DNA from: an uncultured bacterium
GTDB lineage: Bacteria; Babelota; Babeliae; Babelales; Vermiphilaceae
NCBI GenBank assembly: GCA_963695335.1
Contig: OY968764.1
Location: 1,280,001 to 1,344,000 of the forward strand
Direction of reading: 5' to 3'
Length of the DNA: 64,000 nucleotides
The position numbers were made by a program, and so were the translations under genes. Below the pieces are notes generated by a model. The model ran no database searches. It saw only the letters and a program-made list of their open reading frames with translations, and was not told the DNA's origin. Shown here piece by piece: positions 40,096-52,798 of this stretch. The stretch's first letter is position 1. The number at the start of each line of letters is the position of its first letter.

Positions 40096-43000
40096 TTATA
40101 TACCTGAAGCTGAGTTATCTCTCGCATCACGACGTTCTCCTTCTTGAGCTTGCCGCTCAAGATCAGAAAGATCGTCTCCTAGGTATCGTTTTCTAAATGA
40201 CTTAACACCAGTTCCTGCAGGAATTAACTTACCTACAATCACATTTTCTTTTAAGCCATAGAGATGATCAATTTGTCCACTAATTGCTGCTTCAGTAAGG
40301 ATTCGTGTTGTTTCTTGGAATGATGCAGCAGAAATAAAGCTTTCTGTACCCAATGAAGCCTGAGTAAGACCCATAAGTATAGGTTTTGCCACAGCAGGAC
40401 GTTTACCTTGCGCACGCAATGCACTATTTACCGTTTGAAAGTGAACAGAATCCACACGATCTCCAATCAAGAAATCACTATCACCATTGTCAATCAACAC
40501 GAACTTTACGTAACATCTGACGAACAATCAACTCAATATGGCGATCATTAATATCAACATCTTGTAAGCGATAAATTTCTTGAATTTGATCCACAAGATA
40601 ACGTTGAACTTTTTCAGCACCCATGATACGCAACATATCATGAAGCACTGGAGCACCTGCTGTTAACGGATCACCTGCACTCACGTGCTCACCATCAACA
40701 ACGTTCAACTGTTTACCACGTGGTACCAAATATTCATGGCGATCTGCACCAGTTACAACACTCACTTTTCTAAAGCCGCGATGTAATCCACCAATTACAA
40801 CTTCTCCATCAATATCAGATAAAATAGCTGCATCTTTTGGACTTCGTGCTTCAAAAAGTTCTGCAATACGAGGCAAACCACCCGTGGTAATATCTTTTGA
40901 TTTTGCAACTTCACGAGGCATTTTAACCAAAACATCACCAATATTAACGCGTTGTTTTTCAAGAACGTTCACATAAGAACCTTCAGGAAGGAAGTACTGA
41001 GTTAACTCTTCACCTCTATCATCAACAATACTAATTGCTGGCTGATATTGTTCTCCACGAGTTCCCATAACGATTGTTCTTGATTTACCCGTTGCTTCAT
41101 CAGAACGTTCATGAATCGTTACGTTTTTGATAAGATCAAGATACACAACTGTTCCTGCTTTTTCAGTCATAAGAACTTTATTGTTAGCATCCCAATCAGC
41201 AAGTTTAGTACCCGCTTTAACTTCTTGTTTATCTTTAACATGAACAATTGAACCATATTCTAAAGCATGTTGTTGTAATTCGCGACCATCTGGAGCAACA
41301 ATAAGAAGTCGAGCTTTTCTACTCATAACCACCATTTGCCCTTGTGGATCAATAACTACACGAACTCCATGCCATTCAATTGTTCCATCATATTTTGCAT
41401 TAATAAATGGTTGCTCACTCAGACCACTCGCCAAACCACCAATATGGAATGTTCTCATGGTAAGCTGAGTACCAGGTTCACCAATTGATTGCGCTGCAAT
41501 AATACCAACAGTTGTACCTTCATCAACCAATCTTCCTTTAGATAAGATCATAACCATAACAAAGTGCACATACACCACGTTTAGCCTGACAAGAAAGAAC
41601 TGATCGAACAAGAATCTTAGAAACTGCAGTACCATCAAGCTTCATCATCATTTCACGCGTAACTATATCACCACGGCTCAAAAGAAACTCCCCGCTTACT
41701 GGATCTTTAAGATCCGCTGCAAGAACACGACCAAATACACGTTTACCCATTGGATATACCGTATCGCCCGCTTCTTTTAAATCTGAAATTTCTAAATAGC
41801 CAAGTGTATTACAATCATGCATTGTCACAACAACATCTTGAGCAACATCTACCAATCGACGAGTCAAGTAACCAGAATTTGCTGTTTTCAACGCTGTATC
41901 GGACTGACCTTTACGAGCACCGTTCGTTGAAATGAAGTATTCAAAAACACTCAAACCTTGTTTAAAGTTCGATTTAACTGGTATTTCAATAATTTCACCA
42001 GTTGGTTTTGACATCAATCCACGCATACCAACAAGCTGTTTAATCTGATCTTTTGTACCACGAGCCCCTGATTCTAACATCATAAAGACAGGGTTAAATG
42101 GTTTATTCAAATGATCTTCATTCGCAAAGACTTTTTTGTCTGCTACATCAAGCTCATTATACATAGTTTGCGCAACAGCAGCTGTTGCATCTCGCCAAAT
42201 ACTAACAACTTTGTTGTAACGTTCACCGTTGGTAATAACACCATCCATATATAATGATTCAATTTTCTCAACTTCTTTTTCAGCTTTTTGTACAAGAGCA
42301 TCTTTTTCTGCCGGAACAATAAGATCATTAAGAGAGAGAGACATGCCTGAAATAGTTGCGTAATAAAAACCAAGATGTTTAATTCTATCTAAGCATGAAA
42401 CAGTTGCATCTTTACCAAATTGATAGTAAATCAATTCTATCAATTTACCTAAATCGCTCCGTTTCAATATTTTATTAATTGGTTGGAAAGTGAAATCCTT
42501 CAGGGAAAGATTCATACACCAACACACGTCCAACTGTTGTTTCAACAATTTCATTATTAAATAAACGTACTTTTATTTGCGCATGAAGATCTACGCTGCC
42601 AGCATTGGAAAGCGGTAACAACTTCAGCAACACTTGAGAAACGTAATTCCTTCCCCTTTTGACCCTTTACGAATCTTGGTCATATAGTGAAGACCAAGAA
42701 CCATATCTTGAGAAGGAACAGTTACAGGACGTCCATTTGAAGGAGAAAGAATATTATTTGTTGATAAAATTAAACGTTCACCTTCTAATTGAGATTTTTT
42801 GCTCAATGGTAAATGCACTGCCATCTGGTCACCATCAAAATCCGCATTAAATGCAGAACAAACGAGAGGGTGAATTTTGATTGCTTTACCATCAACAAGA
42901 ATCGGATAGAATCCTTGAATACCAAGTCGATGCAACGTTGGTGCACGGTTTAAAAGTACTGGTCTATTTTTTACGATATCTTCCAATACATCCCATACTT

Positions 43001-44228
43001 CTGGCTCCAATTCTTCAACCATACGACGTGCAACACGCATATTAGGCGCTAATTCACGCTCAATAAGCCCTGCATAAATATATGGTTTGAAAAGTTCTAA
43101 CGCCATAACTTTTGGAATGCCGCATTGATCCATACGTAATTCTGGATCAACAACAATCACAGATCGTCCTGAATAGTCTACACGACGACCAAGAAGGTTT
43201 TGTCTGAAACGTCCTTGCTTACCACGAAGCATTTCACTCAATGACTTTAACGGACGTTTATTAGATCCACGTACAGCTTGGCCTCTGCGACCATTATCAA
43301 CAAGCGCATCAACCGCTTCTTGAAGCATACGTTTTTCGTTTTTAATAATGACACCAGGAGCATCAATTTCCATAAGTCGTTGTAAACGAATATTTCTATT
43401 CAATACACGACGATATAATTCATTCAAATCAGAGCTTGCAAAGCGTCCACCTTCAAGTGGTACTAATGGGCGTAAATCAGGCGGAAGAACTGGCAATACA
43501 GTTAAAATCATCCATTCAGGACTAATGTCACCATTCATAAGACCAGTGAGCACCTTCATACGGCGCATTATTTTGTGACGCACAGCAATAGAACTTGTAT
43601 GACTATAATCAGATTGAAGTTTTTCTATTTCAATCTTTAAATCCATAAAACTTAAAATAAGACGAATCGCTTCTGCGCCTATTTCAGCTAAGAATTCAGT
43701 ATCATCAGTCCGCTGCATGATGTAATTTTCATATTCTGTAGAACTTAATAACGTCTTAGCAGGATACGGAGATTTACCTTGTCGTACAACCATGTACATA
43801 TCAAAATAAATAACTCGTTCTAAATCCTTCACCGGCATATCAAGAACTAAACCAAGATAACTTGGAATACCTTTGAGGTACCAAATATGACACACAGGAG
43901 CAACAAGCTGAATGTGTCCCATTCTTTCACGACGGACACGTGACTGAATAACCTCAACGCCACATTTTTCACAGGTAATACCACGATGTTTCATGCGTTT
44001 ATATTTACCGCAATTACATTCCCAGTCTTTTACCGGACCAAAAATACGAGCGCAAAACAGTCCATCTCGCTCAGGCTTTAATGTTCTATAGTTGATTGTC
44101 TCAATTTTTTTCACTTCGCCATATGATAACGAGCGAATTTTTTTAGGAGATGCAAGACTAATTTTGATAACATTAAAACGTGTAACGCTTATATATTCTT
44201 TAAACCGTTCTAACATTTGATTACTCAT
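40096..44228 (-). CDS. rpoC: RNA polymerase beta' subunit (five apparent +1 frameshifts)
   Basis: NADFDGD, zinc finger [26 protein letters not shown] and SFQETT motifs across several ORFs. Confidence 0.97.
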
Positions 44229-47200
44229 TAACGTTCTCCTTACCCAGCTTGAGTAAATCCACCTGTAAATTTAAGCTTTGAAGCTCTTTAATAAGCACAT
44301 TAAATGACTCTGGAACGCCCGGTTCTGGTAAATCATCACCAGCAATAATCGCTTGATATGCTTTATGTCGACCAGTCACATCATCAGATTTGATAGTTAA
44401 CATTTCTTGTAAAGCATACGCAGCACCATAAGCTTCCATTGCCCATACTTCCATCTCACCAAGACGCTGACCACCTTGCTGAGCTTTACCACCTAATGGT
44501 TGTTGCGTCACAAGAGAGTAAGGCCCGACTGAACGTGCGTGTAACTTATCATCAACCATATGGTTCAGTTTCATCATATACAGATTACCAACAGTAACTG
44601 GCTGTTCAAAATATTCACCAGTTCTACCATTACGCAATCTAAATGATCCTGAACTTGGTAAGTTGAGATCTTTTAACATTGGTTCAATATCTTTTGTTAA
44701 ATCGGCACCATCAAACACTGGTGTTTTAAAGCACACACCATTTTCAGCGGTTTTTCGCGCAAGGGCCATTAGCCCTTCTTTGCCATAGTTAACTTCATAA
44801 TCTTCAACCATTTCTTTATCAAAACATTTAATAAGATACTTTTTAATTGAATCATATCCATCTGTTTCTAAAAGAGATTGAATTCTGTTACCCAGTTCTC
44901 TACCTGCAAGACCAAGGATTGTTTCTAAAATTTGCCCAACGTTCATACGTGATGGAATACCTAATGGATTCAACACGATATCAACCGGCGTACCATCATC
45001 AAGATACGGCATATCTTCACGAGGAACAATGTTAGAAACGATACCTTTGTTACCATGACGTCCCGCCACTTTATCCCCAACGGAAATGTGACGTTTCATC
45101 GCGATATACACTTTAACCATCTTAATAACGCCTGATGGGAGCACATCACCTTTTTTAAAGTGATTAATGCGATCTTCTTTGAGACCTTCCAAGATGCGAA
45201 GCTGATTCTCATAAGAATCCTTGAGATGCTTCAGCTCTTCTTGTGCCGGTTTTTCTTTTATTTTTAATTTAAAGAGATCTTCAAGCGTAAAGTCTTTAAG
45301 TTCTTCTTTATTGAACTTACCACCACGAACACCTTTCTTTTCAGATGCTGTTGCTGGTGTATTACCATGAAGAACATCACAAGCTTTGCTCATAATCATC
45401 TTTTGCAAGAAAATAGTATGATGCTTGTTACTCATTTCTAATTTTTCAATCTGCTTAGCTACTTCTTGCTTATAACGAGCATCTTTTCGCACACCACTTC
45501 TTGAAAATATTTTCACGTCAATAACCGTGCCTTCAATCCCAGGTGGAACACGCAATGAAGTATCTCTTACTTCACGTGATTTTTCCCCGAAAATTGCACG
45601 TAACAGTTTTTCTTCAGGAGAATATTGAATATCACCTTTAAGAGTGACTTTTCCGACAAGAATATCACCAGGTTTAACACGAGTACCCACACGAACAATA
45701 CCATCTTCATCCAAGCATTCCAACGCTGATTCACTCACATTTGGAAGATCACGCGTCAGCTCTTCAGGCCCAAGTTTTGTATCACGAGCATCAACGATAT
45801 ATTCATCAATATGTACAGAAGTCAGTTCGTTATCACTCACAAGACGCTTATTTAATACAATAGCATCTTCAAAGTTATAACCATGCCATAACATAAATGC
45901 TACAGAAAAGTTCTTCCCTAAGGCTAATTCACCATCGGAAATAGAAGCACCATTAGTTAAAACGTCTCCACTTTTAACTTTTTCACCAACGCGAACGATT
46001 GGAGCATGGTGAATCCATGTACTATAACTTGAACGTTGGAATTTCTTCAGATAATACGTGTCGATACCATGTGTTACCCAATCATCTGTGTTGGCACATT
46101 CATCTTCATTAACACGAATAATAATTTTGTCTGAAGAAACATATTCAACAACACCACCGCGTTTAGCTAAAATTAACGCACCTGATGATTTAACAATTTC
46201 ACTTTCCATACCAGTACCAACAATTGGTGCTCTGGTTGAAATAAGTGGAACTGCTTGACGTTGCATGTTTGCACCCATAAGCGCACGAACAGCATCATCA
46301 TGATCAAGGAATGGTACTAATGCAGCAGAAACAGACACTAACTGTTTTGGAGATAGATCAATGTAAGTAATATTTTCTGCGTCAACATATAACAAGTTGT
46401 CATCATGTCGGGCGAAAATTTTACCTTGTTTTAATTGATTTGTTTTAGGATCAATTGCATCTGCTTGTGCAATATAATTACCTGATTCTTCAAACGCATC
46501 CAAGAAAACAACTTCATCTAAGATTTTACCATTTTTTACTGGCCTATATGCTGTTTCAATAAATCCTAAATCATTCACCATTGCATATGTTGCAAGAGAA
46601 GAAATCAAACCAACCGTTTGACCTTCCGGCGTTTCAATAGGACAGATACGACCATAATGAGATGGATGAACGTCACGAATTTCGAATGTTGCACGATCTT
46701 TCAAGACACCACCAGGCCCGAGCGCGGATAAACGACGCTTATGCGCAAGCTCTGCCATTGGGTTTGTTTGATCCATAAATTGAGACAATTGACCAAGACC
46801 AAAAAATTCTCTAATAACGGCGCTCAATGGCTTAACGTTAAGAAAATCTTGTGGCATCAATGCACCATGCGCTTCTTGCATTCTGAAACGTTCACGAACA
46901 ATACGTTCTATACGAGTAAAACCAAGATACATTTGATTGTTTAACAATTCACCAACCAATCTTACACGACGATTACCCAAATGATCAATGTCATCCAGTT
47001 CGCCTTCTCCTCTTTCGCGAAGATTAACAAGGTAACGAATTGTTTGAACAATATCATCACGTGTTAAAGCTAACTGTTCTTCGGACGTTGATAAGCCTAA
47101 TTTACGATTCATACGAACACGACCAACGCGTGTTAAATCATAAAAACGATTATTGAAGAGCATATTAGTTAAACGCTCAGCAACCTCTTTAAGAGATGAA

Positions 47201-48548
47201 GTATCTCCAGGCCATATTTTTGCATGAAGATCTTTTAATGCAGCGTCCTGCGATTGACATTTATCTTGAGCAAGAGTTAAGGCAATAGTCGGCTGTAACG
47301 CATAACCATTTGATCTAATTAACTCAAATTGTAGTGAATCGAATTTTTTAATAATTTTAAGATGGTTTTCAGAGAACAGTTCGCCTTGCTCAATAAGAAT
47401 TTCTCCTGTTTCTGAATCAACAACATCTTTTGCAAAAACACGCCCTACCAGACTTTCTGATTTGAGCGTTATTAATTCAACATGAGCTTTTTTAAGTTTA
47501 GCTAATAACTCTTTTGTATACTCTACGACCAACAAAGCCTTCTTCTTGCTCAGCAGGAACCATGCCTTTTTCAATACGTTGACCTATAAGATGTTCATCA
47601 ACATCACTAAAAAATTGATCTTTTTTAAAAGAAACAGTGTCAAATGTATAAAATAAGAGGAATAATTTCATCACGAGAAAAGCCAAGCGCTTGTAAGAAC
47701 GTAGTAACGTATAATTTTTTCTTTTTATCTATACGTACATATAAAATATCATTGCTGTCAGATTCAAAATCAATCCATGAACCACGCATTGGTATAATAC
47801 GCGCAAGATAGTATGGTCGCCCACGAAAATCTTTTACTTTTTTGCTTTGGGAAAATACCACACCAGGAGATCTATGCAACTGACTCACAACAACACGATC
47901 AACGCCATTAATTAAGAAAGAACCCAAGTTGCCGAGTTTAAATCTTCCTTGCTCTTCATAAAGATCTGCCATAACTGGCAAATCTGCAAAGAAAATATCT
48001 TGCTCTTTAATATCGCGAACTATTTTGTTGCCTTCAGCATTAGTTGTCCAACTAATCAGCTGCACTTTAATTTTGAGGGACATAGAAAAAGTTTGGCCAC
48101 TTGTACGACATTCATCCAACAAAAGCGGAGTATGAACTGTTGTACGTACCAAACAGTTAGAACACGTCACATAACGTGCTGTTTTTTCTTTACAGAAAGT
48201 ACATGCTTGATCTTTAGATAAACGTGAACAATCAGATTTTTTACATGATGTACAGCTCCACTGATAACGACTTTCGATACCAGTTAACTTCCCACATGTA
48301 CAAGCCCAACGCCCTAACTCATAGCTAACATACTCGAGCGAAAGCTTATCCTCATACTCAATAGGAAAAATATCCCGCAACACTTTTTCAAGCCCAATAA
48401 GCTTTCTTTCTTGCGGTAAATAATCAAGCTGAACAAAATCATTAAATGATGTTGATTGTATTTCGATCAAATTTGGTACCGGAACAACGTCCCTTATTTT
48501 ACCATATTGTTTACGAAGGGTACTCTTGCTTATAAGTACATTAGACAT
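44221..48548 (-). CDS. rpoB: RNA polymerase beta subunit (two apparent +1 frameshifts)
   Basis: [29 protein letters not shown] and GQRLGEME motifs. N-terminus lies in ORF 47640..48557. Confidence 0.97.
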
Positions 48549-48772
48549 TAAGACCACTCCTCACTAACGCCAAACATGTGGCCAACAGATTCAATCCCCC
48601 ACTACACCAAAAAACTGTGCCCCAACATTATTCCCAATTTATATCACTCCAATTGGAATTTCCATTGGAATAAAACAAAAATTGAGTATTAAATTGGGGT
48701 CCCCATCAAAAGAGATATCCTCATATAAGAGGAAAACTGAAGATGGGGCTAAAAAGGCCTGCATAACAAAGG

Positions 48773-49159
48773 TTATGCAAGCTCTACTTTTGCGCCAACT
48801 TCTTCAAGTTTCTTTTTCATTTTTTCTGCATCAGCTTTTGATACTGATTCAGCAATGACTGCTGGCGTTTCTTCTGTTAATTTTTTAGCATCAGAAAGTG
48901 CCAAGTTAGGAATAACTTCACGCAATGCTTTAATTACTTTGATTTTTTCAGCGCCAGCATCAGTTAATGATACTTTGTATTCGCTTTTTTCTGCTACCGC
49001 TGGAGCCGCATCAGCTGACGCTGCTGGAGCTGCAGATGCCATTGGCATAGCTGCTGAAATACCAAATTTTGATTCAAGAGCTTTAACTAAATCTGCTAGC
49101 TCAAGAACCGTCATATTACTGATTTCATCAATAAATTTTTCATGAGATTTTGCTGCCAT
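48773..49159 (-). CDS. rplL: 50S ribosomal protein L7/L12
   Basis: MTVLEL..LVK.LE.KFG, KIKVIK and GAKVEL motifs. Confidence 0.97.
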   Translation of the reverse strand: MAAKSHEKFIDEISNMTVLELADLVKALESKFGISAAMPMASAAPAASADAAPAVAEKSEYKVSLTDAGAEKIKVIKALREVIPNLALSDAKKLTEETPAVIAESVSKADAEKMKKKLEEVGAKVELA

Positions 49160-49227
49160 TGCAATCCCTAAACGTTAAAAAGTGACTATAAAACAACTAC
49201 TATCATCTATACACAAACACATTTATT

Positions 49228-49755
49228 CTACGATTGTTTTTGTTTTTCAACTTCTTTCAAAGCAACTAAAAACTTAACCATCACAGAATTAAGACCAAAT
49301 ACAAATGAGGTTAATGGAGCATTAAGCGTACCGCATAGCTGAGCCAACAATACTTCTTTTGATGGAAGCGTTGCAATACGAGTGATTGCTGCTTTATCCA
49401 AAAGCTGTGCATCTACACAACCAATAACAAGACCAAGCGCTTCATTCTGTTTTGCAAAATCATTAAGTGTTTTTGCTACGCCGGAAACTTCGGCTGCATC
49501 AAACGCAAAAACAACGCCAACCTGATTTTTACAATGAGAAAGAAGCCCTTCAGCGCCTTCAACATCTGCAAGCGCTCGTCTAACAAGCCGCATCTTTGCG
49601 ATTTTGAGCGCGCCGCCTTTTTGGCGCAATTGCCTTCTTAAATGTTGCATTTCAACAACAGTTAATCCGGAGTAATTAACAAAAAAGGTGCCCTTATTTG
49701 CCAAAAAATCTTTATGAAATACTTCAACAACCGATTCTTTTTGTTGTCGATTCAT
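49228..49755 (-). CDS. rplJ: 50S ribosomal protein L10
   Basis: Y.GLTV..M..LR and A.LPSKEVL motifs, between rplA and rplL. Confidence 0.95.
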   Translation of the reverse strand: MNRQQKESVVEVFHKDFLANKGTFFVNYSGLTVVEMQHLRRQLRQKGGALKIAKMRLVRRALADVEGAEGLLSHCKNQVGVVFAFDAAEVSGVAKTLNDFAKQNEALGLVIGCVDAQLLDKAAITRIATLPSKEVLLAQLCGTLNAPLTSFVFGLNSVMVKFLVALKEVEKQKQS

Positions 49756-49769
49756 TGAAACCTCTTTAC

Positions 49770-50468
49770 CTATAAGGAACGCACAAATTCATCAGGATTA
49801 ATAGAGATGCCAATGCCCATCGTTGAAGACACGGTCATCTTTTTTAAATACTTACCTTTAGCAGTTGCAGGCTTTACCGCCACAACAGCTTTTACTAAAG
49901 CATCCAAGTTTTCATGAAGCTTTTTAACATCAAATGAGACTTTACCAATTGAAAAATGAACGATGCCCTGCTTATCATTTCTGAAGAAAGCACGGCCTCT
50001 TTTTAGATCAGTAACAATTGCGTCTACATCAAACGTAACTGTACCTACTTTTTTGTTCGGTAACAATCCACGTGGTCCCAAAACTTTTGCCAACACACCA
50101 ACTGCACCCATAACATCTGGGGTTGCCACTGCATAGTCAAAATCAAGCCAGCCGCCTTGCACTTTTTCAATCAGGTCTTCCATGCCCACAAAATCAGCGC
50201 CTGCTTTTTTTGCTGCATCTGCATATTCACCTTTTGCAAATACAATAACAACTTTCTCTTTACCCTTACTATACGGTAACACAACAGAGCCACGAACAGT
50301 TTGTTCACCTTTTGATGCATCGATGCCTAAGTTAATAGATACATCTACTGATTCATCAAATTTAACAAAAGAAAGATCTTTAACCTGTTGAAAAGCTACA
50401 TCCACACCAAGATCATTACTAGGTTTTTTTGATACCGCCGCTCGATATTTTTTTCCGTGTTTAGCCAT
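49770..50468 (-). CDS. rplA: 50S ribosomal protein L1
   Basis: KFDESVD, LGPRGLLPN.K and SSTMG motifs. Confidence 0.97.
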   Translation of the reverse strand: MAKHGKKYRAAVSKKPSNDLGVDVAFQQVKDLSFVKFDESVDVSINLGIDASKGEQTVRGSVVLPYSKGKEKVVIVFAKGEYADAAKKAGADFVGMEDLIEKVQGGWLDFDYAVATPDVMGAVGVLAKVLGPRGLLPNKKVGTVTFDVDAIVTDLKRGRAFFRNDKQGIVHFSIGKVSFDVKKLHENLDALVKAVVAVKPATAKGKYLKKMTVSSTMGIGISINPDEFVRSL

Positions 50469-50482
50469 TATCTTTTCCTAGC

Positions 50483-50909
50483 TCAGTCAACAACATCAAT
50501 TCCAATACTTCGCGCACTACCAGCAACAATTTTTTTAGCTTGATCTATATCAATTGCATTTAAATCTGGCATTTTGATTTTTGCGATTTCTTCAATATCT
50601 CTCCATGAAATTTTTGCCAACTTTGATTTCATGAGGACGAGAAGAACCTTTTGTAAGGTTAATTCGCTTTTTAATGAGCTCAGTAGTTGGTGAAGTTTTC
50701 ACCTTAAATTCAAATGTGCGATCTGTGTATACAGTAATTTCTACTGGCACAGTCTCGCCTTTACGACCAGATGTCTGAGCATTAAATGCTTTGCAGAACT
50801 CCATAATATTAACTTGATGTTGACCAAGTGATGATCCTACTGGAGGAGCTGGAGTAGCGCTGCCGCCTGGAATCTGAAGCTTAATTTTTGCTTTAACTAT
50901 TTTTGCCAT
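50483..50909 (-). CDS. rplK: 50S ribosomal protein L11 (one apparent +1 frameshift)
   Basis: ATPAPPVG and NIMEFCK motifs. Removing one T from 50611-50615 restores [20 protein letters not shown]...GIDVVD*. Confidence 0.95.
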
Positions 50910-50930
50910 GTAGACAATTACCTCACTAAA

Positions 50931-51449
50931 TTATCGCTTAATTTGATGGAAACCAAGTTCCACCGGGGTCATTCTGCCAAAAATACTAACCATAACTGTT
51001 AACTTATCGTTATTATAATCTACGCTATCAATAATACCGACAAATCCAGCAAACGGCCCCTCAACTATATCTACTTCACTGCCAAGCGAAAACTCTTCGC
51101 GCGTAGTTTCAACCGCAACTTCTCCCTTAACTTGGGAAACGATACGATCAATTTCTCTTTGGGATATTGGTTCAGGATTTTTGCCCCCCAAAAATCTCAA
51201 AACCCGAATGCTTGCCGTTACAACACGGAGCGATTCAGGAGTCATTTCCATTTCGGCTAAAATGTAGCCAGGAAAAAGTTGTTGATCAGCACTGTCATCT
51301 GTTGCAAACATCGGTTTTGATTTAGCGGATGGCACAAGAATTTCACCAAAAAAATCTTGCATCTCTTCCGCTTGAATTCGTTTTTCGATGTCTAGCTTAG
51401 CTGCCTGCTCATAACCTGCATACACTTGTACAACATACCAGCGCTTCAT
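50931..51449 (-). CDS. nusG: Transcription termination/antitermination factor NusG
   Basis: WYVV..YAGYE, FPGY and KOW (GPFAGF.G, V.IFGR.TPVEL) motifs. Confidence 0.97.
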   Translation of the reverse strand: MKRWYVVQVYAGYEQAAKLDIEKRIQAEEMQDFFGEILVPSAKSKPMFATDDSADQQLFPGYILAEMEMTPESLRVVTASIRVLRFLGGKNPEPISQREIDRIVSQVKGEVAVETTREEFSLGSEVDIVEGPFAGFVGIIDSVDYNNDKLTVMVSIFGRMTPVELGFHQIKR

Positions 51450-51470
51450 ATGATCTTTGTCCTGTAAATA

Positions 51471-51671
51471 CTAGTAACCACTATATAATCTAACTACAAA
51501 TCGCCAGAGCTCGGTAAGCCCTTTATCAACTAGACCTAAATAAATTGAAAAAAAAGACATGAGAAGTAAAGCAACAATCGTTGACCCTACAAACTCATCA
51601 AATTTAGGCCAGGTAACTTTTGAAAGTTCAAGCTGCACATCTTTCACAAACTGCGTTACATCTTTTATCAT
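51471..51671 (-). CDS. secE: Preprotein translocase subunit SecE
   Basis: EL.KVTWP motif plus one TM, between tRNA-Trp and nusG. Confidence 0.93.
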   Translation of the reverse strand: MIKDVTQFVKDVQLELSKVTWPKFDEFVGSTIVALLLMSFFSIYLGLVDKGLTELWRFVVRLYSGY

Positions 51672-51694
51672 TATCTCTCTTTTCTTTGTGAAGT

Positions 51695-51771
51695 TGGCAG
51701 GCCAGGAGGGACTCGAACCCCCAACCGGCAGATTTGGAGTCTGCTGCTCTACCAAATTGAGCTACTGACCT
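51695..51771 (-). tRNA. tRNA-Trp(CCA)
   Basis: Anticodon arm GCAGA-CTCCAAA-TCTGC, 3' CCA encoded. Confidence 0.95.
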
Positions 51772-51780
51772 ACAGCTGGT

Positions 51781-51939
51781 CTATTTTGTTTCTTTATGAT
51801 CGTTGTGTTTACGGCAACGTGCACAATATTTGTTCAACTTCAAAGAACCTATAGTTCTTTTTTTTGAAACAACTTGAGTATAGTTGCGTTCTTTACACAC
51901 TTCACACACTAAATGGGTAGTTTTTCTATTTTTTGCCAT
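51781..51939 (-). CDS. rpmG: 50S ribosomal protein L33 (Zn-binding type)
   Basis: L.C..C.ERNY...L.KYC..C.KH..HKE motif. Confidence 0.95.
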   Translation of the reverse strand: MAKNRKTTHLVCEVCKERNYTQVVSKKRTIGSLKLNKYCARCRKHNDHKETK

Positions 51940-51982
51940 GATTATCAAAACAATTGAAGACCTAGATTCCAACAATTCTATC

Positions 51983-52057
51983 TGGAGCCCGCGACCGGGA
52001 TTGAACCGGTGGCCTCTTCCTTACCAAGGAAGTGCTCTGCCTCTGAGCTACGTGGGC
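51983..52057 (-). tRNA. tRNA-Thr(GGT)
   Basis: Anticodon arm CTTCC-TTGGTAA-GGAAG, 3' CCA encoded. Confidence 0.95.
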
Positions 52058-52212
52058 GAAGACCGTAATCCTTACGATTTATTATAGATTAATTAAAAAA
52101 ACAGAAAAAGACAAATTTTTAAACACCAATTGTGTATTAGAAATCAGAAAAATAACGCTTTTTTATAAAATATACAAAAAAAGAAGGCTCAAAAGCCTTC
52201 TTAAATGTATTC

Positions 52213-52288
52213 TGGAGCCGGCGACAGGATTCGAACCAGTGACCTGCTGATTACAAATCAGCTGCTCTACCAACTGAGCTACGCCGGC
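52213..52288 (-). tRNA. tRNA-Thr(TGT)
   Basis: Anticodon arm GCTGA-TTTGTAA-TCAGC, 3' CCA encoded. Confidence 0.95.
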
Positions 52289-52301
52289 ATATACTTTTTT
52301 C

Positions 52302-52377
52302 TGGAGCGGGAAACGAGGGTCGAACTCGCAACCTACAGCTTGGAAGGCTGTCGCTCTGCCAATTGAGCTATTCCCGC
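52302..52377 (-). tRNA. tRNA-Gly(TCC)
   Basis: Anticodon arm ACAGC-CTTCCAA-GCTGT, 3' CCA encoded. Confidence 0.95.
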
Positions 52378-52474
52378 ATATTTCAAAACAATCTCTTTCA
52401 AAAACTTTGCTTTTCGTCTTCTCCCATCCTTTTTTGAAGCTCCAGTTGCAGCATCGCGAAAACTGGAAAAAGTA

Positions 52475-52559
52475 TGGTGGCGAGGGCTGGATTCGAACCA
52501 GCGAAGACATAGTCAACAGATTTACAGTCTGCCCCTTTTGGCCGCTCAGGAACCTCGCC
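52475..52559 (-). tRNA. tRNA-Tyr(GTA)
   Basis: Anticodon arm GCAGA-CTGTAAA-TCTGT, long variable arm, 3' CCA encoded. Confidence 0.95.
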
Positions 52560-52798
52560 GCGCCCAAGCACATCTACAAGCTTGTTCAAATATGATATTG
52601 TTTTTTTCAATAGATTTCAACTGAAATTTAACGAAAAACCTCATTTTTTTAAAAAAACTTCAAAATTTGCCACATTTTCTGCTAAACAAGCTCTATAAAC
52701 AACATATATCCAAATACCCTATCTGCTTTACATTCAAACCAAAATTTTCTAATGTATAGCTCAAAATGGTCTCACAACAACAAAAAAAGGATCTGTTT

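Noticed and set aside
37255..48557. Naturally split rpoB/rpoC/pnp genes or programmed frameshifting
   Set aside because: All breaks are single extra bases with no shared slippery motif and no new RBS or start codon. Sequencing or consensus error is more parsimonious.
52163..52610. ORFs 52163..52573, 52398..52610, 52407..52595 and 51884..52087
   Set aside because: They are shadow ORFs overlapping tRNA genes.
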